From Bacteroidetes bacterium CG12_big_fil_rev_8_21_14_0_65_60_17 (GTDB taxonomy: Bacteria > Bacteroidota > Rhodothermia > Rhodothermales > UBA10348), in contig PCUY01000025.1 of assembly GCA_002787815.1 (NCBI GenBank), positions 44 through 64,043 on the forward strand: DNA of 64,000 nt, given 5' to 3'. How positions within the stretch are numbered: position 1 is the first letter of the stretch; each line of letters starts with the position of its first letter. Positions 56,017 to 64,000 of this stretch are shown here, one piece after another. The notes beneath the pieces are model-generated. The model worked only from the letters and a program-made list of their open reading frames with translations. It searched no databases and was not told the origin of the DNA. Both the position numbers and the translations under genes were made by a program.

Positions 56017-59000
56017 ATGCGAGACCTGAATTCCGTTTCCGCAGCCATCCTTCTGGTGGCTGTCACGATCCTCCCGGTTCCTGTGCTGCAGGCCCAGTCG
56101 CTCGACATGGACCTGCTGAGCGCCATGAAACCGCGCAACATCGGGCCAGCCGGCATGAGTGGTCGCGTGACGGCGATCGATGCCGTTCACAGCGATCCGT
56201 CGGTCATCTGGGCAGGCACGGCGTCGGGGGGACTCTGGCTGTCCAGGAGCCGTGGCGTTGACTGGAAGCCGGTGTTTGACGAAGAGCCCGATCACAGCAT
56301 CGGTGCCGTTGCCATCTTCCAGTCGAATCCGGACATCGTGTGGGTGGGAGCGGGCGAGGGTAATCCCCGCAACAGCCAGTCGTCCGGTAGCGGTCTGTAC
56401 AAAACCATTGACGGCGGCGCCTCCTGGGTACACCTTGGCCTGAAACAGTCGCGAAATATCCACCGGATCCTGACACATCCAACGAACGAGGATGTGGCCT
56501 TCATTGGCGTGCAGGGACCTTCCTGGGGCGAGACAGAGCAGCGGGGCGTCTATGTCACGCGCGATGGTGGCCGGACGCTCGAGCGCTCGTTGTACGTGAA
56601 TGAAAAGACGGGGATCGGTGATCTCGTGATGGATCCATCCAATCCCAATCACCTGATCGCTGCGATGTGGGAGTTCCGCCGCTGGCCGTGGTTTTTCCAC
56701 TCGGGTGGCGAGGGATCCGGCCTGTGGGAAACCTGGGATGCCGGGCGGACCTGGACGAAATTGACGCCCGAGCGCGGCCTGCCGAAAGGTACGCTCGGAC
56801 GGATCGGTCTCGCCTTTGCCCACAATGAACCGGAGGTCGTGTATGCGCTCATCGAAGCCAGGAAGAATGCGCTCTATCGCTCCGATGACGGCGGAGCCTC
56901 CTGGAAGATGGTCAACGACGACGACGGGGTGAACGGCAGGCCGTTCTATTATGCGGATGTTTTCGTGGATCCAGAGAATGAGAACCGGGTCTATCGCCCG
57001 GAGACGTTCATCTATGTGAGTGAGGACGGTGGCCGTAGCTTCAGCCAATGGCAGCCGGGATACAGCCAGAATGGCATCCACCCGGATCATCACGCCTTCT
57101 ATGTCTCCCCTGTCGACCCCGACTTCATCGTGGAAGGCAACGACGGGGGCATGTCCATTACGTATGACAAGGGGCGGACATGGCGATTTGTCGAAAACCT
57201 GCCCCTTGCCCAGTTCTACCACATCAATGTGGACGATGAGTTCCCCTACAATGTCATGGGCGGTATGCAGGACAACGGTTCCTGGGTAGGTCCCGCCTAT
57301 GTATGGAAAAGCGGGGGCATCCGGAACAGTTACTGGCAGGAGGTGGCCTTCGGCGATGGGTTTGACGTGAGTGCCGACCCGGAAGACAGCCGGTTCGGGT
57401 ACGCCATGAGCCAGGGAGGCAACATTTCGCGCTACGATAGGGACACCGGAAATTCGAGTCGCATCAAGCCGCTGCATCCAGATGGGGTGTTCCTCCGTTT
57501 CAACTGGGATGCCGCGTTCGCACAGGATCCGTTCGATCCGGCTACCATCTGGTTCGGAAGTCAGTATCTGCACCGCAGCACGGACCGCGGACAGAACTGG
57601 GAAATCGTGTCCCCGGATTTGACGACGAACGACCCGGAAAAGCAGAAGCAGTTCGAGTCGGGTGGCCTTACGTACGACGTGACGCAGGCTGAGAACCATA
57701 CCACGATCGTGTCCATCGGCGTATCGCCCGTGGAGGAGGGCATTATATGGGTGGGGACGGACGATGGAAACGTGCAGCTCACGCGTGACGGTGGGGGATC
57801 GTGGACGAACGTCGCGCCGCGCCTGCGGGGCGTCCCGGAGGGCTCCTGGGTAAAACAGGTCAAACCCTCACCACACAATGCGGCGGAAGCGGTTGTCGTG
57901 ATTGAAGACCACCGCCGCAACAACTGGGAGCCGTACGTTTACCGGACGCGTGACTACGGTCGCACATTTGAACGCCTGGCGGACGCCAACACGGTCTACG
58001 GATTCGCCCTGTCCTACGTCCAGGATCCCGTCGAACCCCGTCTCGCGTTCCTGGGAACGGAATTCGGTCTGTACGTGTCCATTGACGACGCCCGCACATG
58101 GACGAAGTGGACCCAGGGCTACCCGACGGCGTCGACGATCGACCTTGTCATCCATCCGCGAGAGCATGACCTTGTGATTGCTACGTTCGGTCGATCGGCC
58201 TGGGTCCTCGACGATATCCGGCCACTCCGGGCCTTGGCTTCCGAGGGTGCCGATCTGCTGGCACGTCCAATCCACGTATTCGACCCTCCTGTTGCCTATC
58301 AGGCCAGCACCATCCAGGCCAGTGGCACACGATTCATCGGCGATGCCATGTACGCCGCATCCAACCGGCCGGGTGGCGCCATGATCACGTACTCGGTGCA
58401 TATGGACAGCACGCTCGCTGACTCGGTGAAAAAGCAGATGGATGAGGTCAAGGTGGAGATTCTGGAGAACGGGGAGGTCATACGTACCATGGATGGACCC
58501 GCCGAAGAGGGTCTTAACCGCATCCAGTGGTCCATGACTCGAAAGGGAGTACGCGGGCCGAGCCGTACGGCGCCACGCAAGGATGCTCCGGAGCCCAGCG
58601 GCGCGCGCGTGCTGCCGGGAACGTATACGGTTCGAATCACACTGGGAGAGCATTCGTCGGAGACCGCTCTTACGGTAGCCCCGGACCCGCGGCGGGACGT
58701 TGACCGCGTGGCCGCCGAGGCGCGCCTCGCCCTCAATGCATCGTACGAAAAACTGGCCGAAACGGCAGCCGACGCCACAACCCGGCTGCGTGACATGAAG
58801 ATGGCTGTCAACGAGTTGACGGGCAAACTGAAAGGGCGTACCGACTCGTTGTCGGCTGCGGCACGCGAGCGCGGCAGCGTTGTCGCAGACAGCGTAGACG
58901 CGATGATGGATGACTTCTTCGGAGAAACAGGAAAACAGGGTATTTTCCGCAGTCCACATACGGTTGCCAACGCGCTCTCAACGGCACGTTCCTATATCTT

Positions 59001-59178
59001 CTCCAGTGATCGTACGCCCGGTACGCCGGAGGATATCGCGCTCTCCCAGGCACGTCAGGCCATCAATGCCTTCAATGAGCGGGTGAACCGACTCATTGCG
59101 GACGAGTGGGAAGCCTATAGCGAAGCCCTGGGGCGGGTCGAGTTGGCATGGCTGCCCGATATCGAACCCGTGCGCTGA
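56017..59178 (+). CDS. Asp-box (BNR) repeat two-propeller protein, sortilin/VPS10- or GH74-like
   Basis: A signal peptide and many SxDxGxTW boxes (IDGGASW, TRDGGRTL, WDAGRTW, SDDGGASW, SEDGGRSF, YDKGRTW, TDRGQNW, TRDGGGSW). Start trimmed to MRDLNS; the ORF extends to 55957. Confidence 0.75.
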   Translation: MRDLNSVSAAILLVAVTILPVPVLQAQSLDMDLLSAMKPRNIGPAGMSGRVTAIDAVHSDPSVIWAGTASGGLWLSRSRGVDWKPVFDEEPDHSIGAVAIFQSNPDIVWVGAGEGNPRNSQSSGSGLYKTIDGGASWVHLGLKQSRNIHRILTHPTNEDVAFIGVQGPSWGETEQRGVYVTRDGGRTLERSLYVNEKTGIGDLVMDPSNPNHLIAAMWEFRRWPWFFHSGGEGSGLWETWDAGRTWTKLTPERGLPKGTLGRIGLAFAHNEPEVVYALIEARKNALYRSDDGGASWKMVNDDDGVNGRPFYYADVFVDPENENRVYRPETFIYVSEDGGRSFSQWQPGYSQNGIHPDHHAFYVSPVDPDFIVEGNDGGMSITYDKGRTWRFVENLPLAQFYHINVDDEFPYNVMGGMQDNGSWVGPAYVWKSGGIRNSYWQEVAFGDGFDVSADPEDSRFGYAMSQGGNISRYDRDTGNSSRIKPLHPDGVFLRFNWDAAFAQDPFDPATIWFGSQYLHRSTDRGQNWEIVSPDLTTNDPEKQKQFESGGLTYDVTQAENHTTIVSIGVSPVEEGIIWVGTDDGNVQLTRDGGGSWTNVAPRLRGVPEGSWVKQVKPSPHNAAEAVVVIEDHRRNNWEPYVYRTRDYGRTFERLADANTVYGFALSYVQDPVEPRLAFLGTEFGLYVSIDDARTWTKWTQGYPTASTIDLVIHPREHDLVIATFGRSAWVLDDIRPLRALASEGADLLARPIHVFDPPVAYQASTIQASGTRFIGDAMYAASNRPGGAMITYSVHMDSTLADSVKKQMDEVKVEILENGEVIRTMDGPAEEGLNRIQWSMTRKGVRGPSRTAPRKDAPEPSGARVLPGTYTVRITLGEHSSETALTVAPDPRRDVDRVAAEARLALNASYEKLAETAADATTRLRDMKMAVNELTGKLKGRTDSLSAAARERGSVVADSVDAMMDDFFGETGKQGIFRSPHTVANALSTARSYIFSSDRTPGTPEDIALSQARQAINAFNERVNRLIADEWEAYSEALGRVELAWLPDIEPVR

Positions 59179-59310
59179 CCGGTCAGGGTGCGTTCGTGCG
59201 GTATGGGAATTTCCCCTACACCATGATTGGGGACCGACAGGACGCAACGCTGCGTTGCGGTGGGGATACTGTGCATACTGACAAATCCATTTCTGCTGGA
59301 GGTACTTCCC

Positions 59311-59982
59311 ATGCGCAGTCGAACTGTCGTTATATCCACACTCCTCCTCGTTCCCGTACTGGCCCTGTGTGGTTGCGGCGCCAATCCGGAGCCGGCCACG
59401 ATCGAGCCCGAAGAAGGTGCCCGTGTGGTAGTGGTTCATGAAGTAGCTGATTTCGACGAGTGGCACACGCGATTCGCGGAACAGGTAACCAGCAGGCTCG
59501 ACATGGGCATCGAGGAAGAGCTCATATTGCAGGGAGAATCCATGTCGAATCTGGTTTTCCTGCTCATGTCGGCACGTGACTCCGTGTCGGCTGCCGACTG
59601 GCTGCAGTCACCCGCGACCGCACGCAGCATGGAGTTTTCCGGTGTCAAAGGTGAACTCATTACCGATATTCTGGCGCCTGGTATCGTCTATCCCGACACG
59701 CCGGAATATGAAACGAGGCTGGTCGTGCGCCACCCTGTCAGCGACTTCGACCGCTGGTACAGCACTTTCCGTGGTCATGAGCGCGAGCGGCTCGATGTGG
59801 GTGTGCATACCATGCTCGTGACGCATCCACTCGGAGACCCGAACGACGTGTACATGATGTTCGGCGTTTCCGACCCTGAACGCGTTGCCGAGTATATGGC
59901 CTCTGACCTGCTCGGCCTCGCCATGCGGCTCGCCGGAGTTACCGCCCAGCCACAGGCATTTTTCGTGAACGTGGTCGAATAG
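59311..59982 (+). CDS. Hypothetical lipoprotein built from an internally duplicated ~95-aa domain
   Basis: Lipobox VLALCGC. The two halves align (RVVVVHEVADFDEWHTRF..RLDMG versus RLVVRHPVSDFDRWYSTF..RLDVG). Confidence 0.55.
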   Translation: MRSRTVVISTLLLVPVLALCGCGANPEPATIEPEEGARVVVVHEVADFDEWHTRFAEQVTSRLDMGIEEELILQGESMSNLVFLLMSARDSVSAADWLQSPATARSMEFSGVKGELITDILAPGIVYPDTPEYETRLVVRHPVSDFDRWYSTFRGHERERLDVGVHTMLVTHPLGDPNDVYMMFGVSDPERVAEYMASDLLGLAMRLAGVTAQPQAFFVNVVE

Positions 59983-59994
59983 TCCAGGGCTCTG

Positions 59995-60654
59995 TCAATC
60001 GATCCGGACAGGAATGGTCTTTTTTCCGATGGATGCGAGCGTCGCGTCGATAAAAAGCAGTACGCCCATCATTTCCATGCCTTCCTCGACAAGCACGGTC
60101 ACCTCATAGATCAGTGTATCGGCATCCATCGGTGCACCGATTGTTTCCACACCCAGTGCGCCACCCACGAAAATAGCACCTGACAGGACATAGAGGAGCA
60201 TGGTCCGCCGTGGCAATATCCTGAGGAGCGGTACGAAGTAGAGTGCACACGCCGCTACAAGCACTGCTGCCGACCAGACCCACAGCGTATCTATGGCCGA
60301 GTGAAACGATTCGTGCAGCCCGGCCACTTCGTCAATGGCGAGCACGAAGAAACCACCCGCCAGCAGGCTCCAGAAACGGAGTTCCCTGGTCGTGGACATG
60401 GCGCCTGTTGCCATAGGGTCATGCCCGGCGCGCTTCAGCACAAGCGCAGCGCTCGCCGTGAGCAGCAGGAAGCTGGAAAACCACGTCGGCAGATTGTTTT
60501 CCTCGTCCAGCGCAACAAGCTGCCTGACGAGCCACGGTACGTCGGCAATCCAGTAGTGGTACATCCAGACGAGCAGATGCGCCGATAGAAGGATCAGCGC
60601 GGCTGGCAGGAGCCATCGGCGGGCTGCATTCCATGGAATTACGATTTCAGCCAT
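59995..60654 (-). CDS. Hypothetical polytopic membrane protein
   Basis: About six hydrophobic helices. Start placed at MAEIVIPW; the ORF extends to 60762. I recognise no motif. Confidence 0.5.
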   Translation of the reverse strand: MAEIVIPWNAARRWLLPAALILLSAHLLVWMYHYWIADVPWLVRQLVALDEENNLPTWFSSFLLLTASAALVLKRAGHDPMATGAMSTTRELRFWSLLAGGFFVLAIDEVAGLHESFHSAIDTLWVWSAAVLVAACALYFVPLLRILPRRTMLLYVLSGAIFVGGALGVETIGAPMDADTLIYEVTVLVEEGMEMMGVLLFIDATLASIGKKTIPVRID

Positions 60655-60799
60655 GATGTGGATGGACGCCGCGTGCCATCGGGGTGAATGTGCCTCTACA
60701 ATACACGTCCCTGATGTATAGTGCAAGATCCGTCCGTCGTGCATAAGTTTAGCGGCGAACATCTCGTTTCAGGACTCTACCAACTTTCGTCTTTCCATC

Positions 60800-63700
60800 A
60801 TGACATCACGTTCCGCTGCCCTGATTTCCTGTATTGCGCTCCTCGGTTTTCTGGCAGGCGCGCCGCTCGCAAACGCCCAGTCGGCCGACGTCGCGCTGCT
60901 TGAAGGCCTCGAGTACCGCTTCGTGGGTCCCAACCGGGGCGGGCGCAGCGCGGCCGTAACGGGTGTTCCCGGCAAGCCAGACCTCTATTATATGGGTGCG
61001 ACCGGTGGCGGTGTGTTCCGGACCACGGACGGCGGTGAGTCCTGGCATCCGATTTCGGATGGCTTTTTCGGCGGGTCCATCGGGGCTGTGGCCGTGTCCG
61101 AATGGGACAACAATGTCATCTACGTGGGCGGCGGCGAGAAAACGGTGCGCGGCAACGTATCGCACGGCTACGGGATGTGGAAGTCCGAGGACGCCGGCAA
61201 GACGTGGCGGCAGATCGGGCTGGAAGATTCCCGGCACATCGCGCGCGTGCGCATCCACCCGAAAAACCCCGACCTGGTGTACGCGGCGGCCATGGGCCAC
61301 CTCTACGGGCCGAACAACGAGCGGGGAGTGTACCGGTCGAAGGATGGCGGTGAAAGCTGGGAGCGCGTGCTGTTCGTGAGCGACAAGGCGGGTGCGGTCG
61401 ATCTGATCATGGATCCGACGAACCCACGCGTGCTCTATGCATCGCTATGGGAAGTCTACCGGTCGCCGTATGAGCTTTCCTCGGGCGGGGAAGATTCGGG
61501 GCTCTGGAAGTCGACCGACGGCGGCGATACGTGGACGGAGCTCACCAACCAGGACAACGGGTTGCCGGGCGGCGTACTCGGTATTATCGGCGTTACGGTA
61601 TCGCCCGTGACCCCGGACCGGGTATGGGCCATTGTGGAGCACGACGGGGGCGGCGTGTTCCGCAGCGAGGATGGCGGAGAGTCGTGGCGGCGTATAAACG
61701 ACGATCGAAATCTGCGGCAGCGGGCGTGGTATTACACGCGCATGTATGCCGGCACCGAGGACGAAGATGACGTATGGGTGCTGAACGTGGGATTGTGGCA
61801 CTCGAAGGATGGCGGCGAGAACTACGAGCGTGTGCAGACGCCACACGGTGACCACCACGATTTCTGGATTGCCCCCGAAAATGCCGATCGGATCATTGTG
61901 GGCGATGACGGCGGCGCGCAGGTAACCTACAACGGCGGTGAGACGTGGAGCACGTATCACAACCAGCCGACGGCGCAGTTCTACCGCGTGGCGACCGACA
62001 ATCATTTTCCGTATCGGATCTACGGGGGTCAGCAGGATAATTCAACCGTGCGCATCCTGCATACGTCGACCGGGAGTGAGACTGACTGGGAGTCGACGGC
62101 AGGTGGCGAGAGCGCCTGGATTGCTCCGAACCCGGAGAATCCGGATCTCGTATTCGGTGGATCGTACGATGGGTACCTCCAGCGGCTCAATCATGACACG
62201 CGCCAGTCGCGCAATGTCAACGTGTGGCCTGATAACCCGATGGGGCACGGCGCGGAAGATTACAAATTCCGGTTCCAGTGGAATTTTCCCATCCGCTATT
62301 CGCGGCACGTACCGGGCCGCGTCCTGACGGCTGCCAACGTGCTTTTCAAGACCGACAATGACGGACAGTCCTGGGAGGCCTTGTCGCCGGATTTGACCCG
62401 GGCCGATCCCGCTACGCTCGGCCCGTCGGGCGGACCCATTACGAAGGACAATACGTCGGTGGAATACTACGCCACCATATTCACGTTCATCGAGGGTGTG
62501 GAAGAGGGCGTCATCTGGACGGGTTCCGACGACGGTCTCATCCACGTCACGCGCAACGGGGGGCAGTCCTGGACCGATGTCACGCCACCCGCTTCCATGT
62601 TCCCCGAGTGGATGCAGGTCAATGACATGGTTCTTGACCCGTTCCACGCGGGCGGGCTCTATGTAGCCGGCACGCGGTACAAATCGGACGATTTTACGCC
62701 CTATCTGTACAAAACAGAAGATTACGGTGCGTCGTGGACGCGAATCACACGCGGAATCGATTCCCTTCATTTCACGCGCACGATCGAGGCCGACGCGGAG
62801 GTCGAGGGCCTGCTCTACGCGGGGACCGAGAGCGGGATGTACGTCTCCTTCAACGACGGCCGGGACTGGCAGCCGTTCCAGCTCAATCTTCCTGTCGTAC
62901 CCATAACCGACATCGAGTGGCGCGACAACGATCTGATCATTGGTACGCAGGGCCGCTCGTATTGGATCATGGATGACCTCTCGCCCGTGCAGGCTGTTGC
63001 CCTGATGGCCGCGCCCGGCGCGGCTGGGTCAGGAAGCGCCATCTCCGATGCCTTCCTCTTCCCCGCACCGCACCCGATCACGCTCGGCGCTGAGCGAACG
63101 GTGCGCCTGCGCTACTGGCTCTCGGACGAGGCGGCCGAAGCGCACGACGAAAAGCTTACGCTGCGCATCCTGGAAGCGGATGGAACGGTGATCAAAACGT
63201 TTGAAGAGGACGACGTGCCATCGGAAGCCGGCTTCAACCAGTTCGACTGGAACATGCGCTACGAGGACGCCGAGTCCTTCCAGGGCCTTATCATGTGGGC
63301 GGGATCGGTGCGCGGCCCGCAGGCTGTACCCGGTACGTACCACGCCCGCCTTATTGTCGGCGACGATTCCACCGATGTGGCGTTCGGCATCCAGCCCGAT
63401 CCGCGTTCAGAATCGACGCAGGCCGACTATCAGGAGCAGTTCGATTTCCTGATCGACGTGCGCGACAAACTCACGGAAACGCACAAGGCCATCAAGAATA
63501 TCCGCGCCATGCGGTCGCAGATGAAGGATCTCGTGGGTCGGATTCCTGTGGATGCGGCGGAGCGCGACGACATCAAGGCCATGGCGGACAGTATTTCGGC
63601 CGACATGACCGCCATCGAGGAGGCTCTCTACCAGACGAAAAACCGCTCCGGACAGGATCCGCTGAACTTTCCCATCCGCCTGAACAACAAGCTGGCGGCG

Positions 63701-63886
63701 GTGGGCGGCGTGGTTGCGAGCGGCAACTACCGTCCGACCGACCAGTCCTATGCGGTCCGTGACGAGCTCGTGGCACAGATAGACGGGGAACTGGGCAAAT
63801 GGACGGCCATTCTGGATTTCCGCATTCCAGAGTTTGAATCGCAGATTGCCGCGCTTGATTTGCCGGTTCTGGAACGGCCGGAATGA
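60800..63886 (+). CDS. Asp-box (BNR) repeat two-propeller protein, paralogue of 56017-59178
   Basis: A signal peptide ending ANAQ and Asp-boxes (TTDGGESW, SEDAGKTW, SKDGGESW, STDGGDTW, SEDGGESW, SKDGGENY, TDNDGQSW, TRNGGQSW, TEDYGASW). It is collinear with the other copy. Confidence 0.75.
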   Translation: MTSRSAALISCIALLGFLAGAPLANAQSADVALLEGLEYRFVGPNRGGRSAAVTGVPGKPDLYYMGATGGGVFRTTDGGESWHPISDGFFGGSIGAVAVSEWDNNVIYVGGGEKTVRGNVSHGYGMWKSEDAGKTWRQIGLEDSRHIARVRIHPKNPDLVYAAAMGHLYGPNNERGVYRSKDGGESWERVLFVSDKAGAVDLIMDPTNPRVLYASLWEVYRSPYELSSGGEDSGLWKSTDGGDTWTELTNQDNGLPGGVLGIIGVTVSPVTPDRVWAIVEHDGGGVFRSEDGGESWRRINDDRNLRQRAWYYTRMYAGTEDEDDVWVLNVGLWHSKDGGENYERVQTPHGDHHDFWIAPENADRIIVGDDGGAQVTYNGGETWSTYHNQPTAQFYRVATDNHFPYRIYGGQQDNSTVRILHTSTGSETDWESTAGGESAWIAPNPENPDLVFGGSYDGYLQRLNHDTRQSRNVNVWPDNPMGHGAEDYKFRFQWNFPIRYSRHVPGRVLTAANVLFKTDNDGQSWEALSPDLTRADPATLGPSGGPITKDNTSVEYYATIFTFIEGVEEGVIWTGSDDGLIHVTRNGGQSWTDVTPPASMFPEWMQVNDMVLDPFHAGGLYVAGTRYKSDDFTPYLYKTEDYGASWTRITRGIDSLHFTRTIEADAEVEGLLYAGTESGMYVSFNDGRDWQPFQLNLPVVPITDIEWRDNDLIIGTQGRSYWIMDDLSPVQAVALMAAPGAAGSGSAISDAFLFPAPHPITLGAERTVRLRYWLSDEAAEAHDEKLTLRILEADGTVIKTFEEDDVPSEAGFNQFDWNMRYEDAESFQGLIMWAGSVRGPQAVPGTYHARLIVGDDSTDVAFGIQPDPRSESTQADYQEQFDFLIDVRDKLTETHKAIKNIRAMRSQMKDLVGRIPVDAAERDDIKAMADSISADMTAIEEALYQTKNRSGQDPLNFPIRLNNKLAAVGGVVASGNYRPTDQSYAVRDELVAQIDGELGKWTAILDFRIPEFESQIAALDLPVLERPE

Positions 63887-63900
63887 GGCGCGCGCTGCAC

Positions 63901-64000
63901 ATGCCCGTCAGGGCACAGCAGGTGGATATGGGCGGTTTCAAAGTGCTCCAGCCCCTGCCGCACGCGAGGCTGCAGCACATCGACCCGTTCCTGCTGTTGC
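63901..64000 (+). CDS. Pirin family protein, N-terminal fragment (continues beyond the window)
   Basis: MPVRAQQVDMGGFKVLQPLPHARLQHIDPFLLL resembles the pirin N-terminus (G.F.v.r.lP......dPFlll). Only 33 codons are visible. Confidence 0.45.
   Translation, partial: MPVRAQQVDMGGFKVLQPLPHARLQHIDPFLLL

Noticed and set aside
55915-58959. Minus-strand ORFs of 594 aa (55915-57699) and 363 aa (57868-58959) opposite the first Asp-box protein gene.
   Set aside because: The + strand product has a signal peptide and about nine canonical Asp-boxes. The antisense translations are R/H/V/P-rich with no motifs, and the 594-aa ORF also runs into the neighbouring gene. Their length is notable, but codon-position GC bias explains it.
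1-64000. Search for mobile elements, prophage genes, toxin-antitoxin pairs or known defence systems.
   Set aside because: None of the supplied translations shows a transposase, integrase, recombinase, reverse transcriptase, restriction-modification or nuclease-NTPase defence signature. The region reads as core chromosome.

Overview
The window looks like a 64-kb stretch of core chromosome from a moderately GC-rich bacterium. The gene content and synteny suggest the FCB group (Bacteroidota/Rhodothermota-like): parA-parB followed by a DUF5683 gene, a complete BatA-E aerotolerance cluster, an sdhCAB operon with a single cytochrome b subunit, and many lipoprotein and Asp-box proteins. This placement is inference only.

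I support 59 protein-coding genes (two of them cut by the window edges), mostly tightly packed and often translationally coupled. Among them:
- DNA maintenance: parAB, radA, tdk.
- Central metabolism: sdhCAB, citrate synthase, rpiA, purQ, apt, an acyl-CoA carboxyltransferase.
- Envelope functions: MlaEFD, two MacB/FtsX-type permeases, an MltD-like LysM transglycosylase, an AmiC-type amidase, an ECF sigma/anti-sigma pair.
- An Rne/Rng ribonuclease with unusual disordered extensions.
- Two paralogous ~1,030-1,050-aa Asp-box (BNR) propeller proteins.

I saw no rRNA, tRNA, CRISPR array, transposase, integrase or recognisable defence system.

The most unusual feature is the ~910-bp gene-free interval at 1848-2758. 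It contains an AT-rich tract, a perfect 34-nt palindrome, phased direct repeats, a near-consensus sigma70-type promoter, and a ~550-nt promoter-to-terminator unit. That unit is full of UUCG/GAAA-capped hairpins and has no credible ORF, so I treat it as a candidate structured RNA that I cannot assign to any family I know.

Secondary points of interest:
- A translationally coupled alpha-oxoamine synthase / GNAT-like / HAD cassette.
- Perfect in-frame tandem repeats in the ribonuclease and in one hypothetical protein.
- A Bat cluster with no adjacent MoxR ATPase.
- A strong terminator-like hairpin 14 nt upstream of an outer-membrane protein gene.

Every functional call rests on motifs read by eye from the supplied translations. 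No database search was run.
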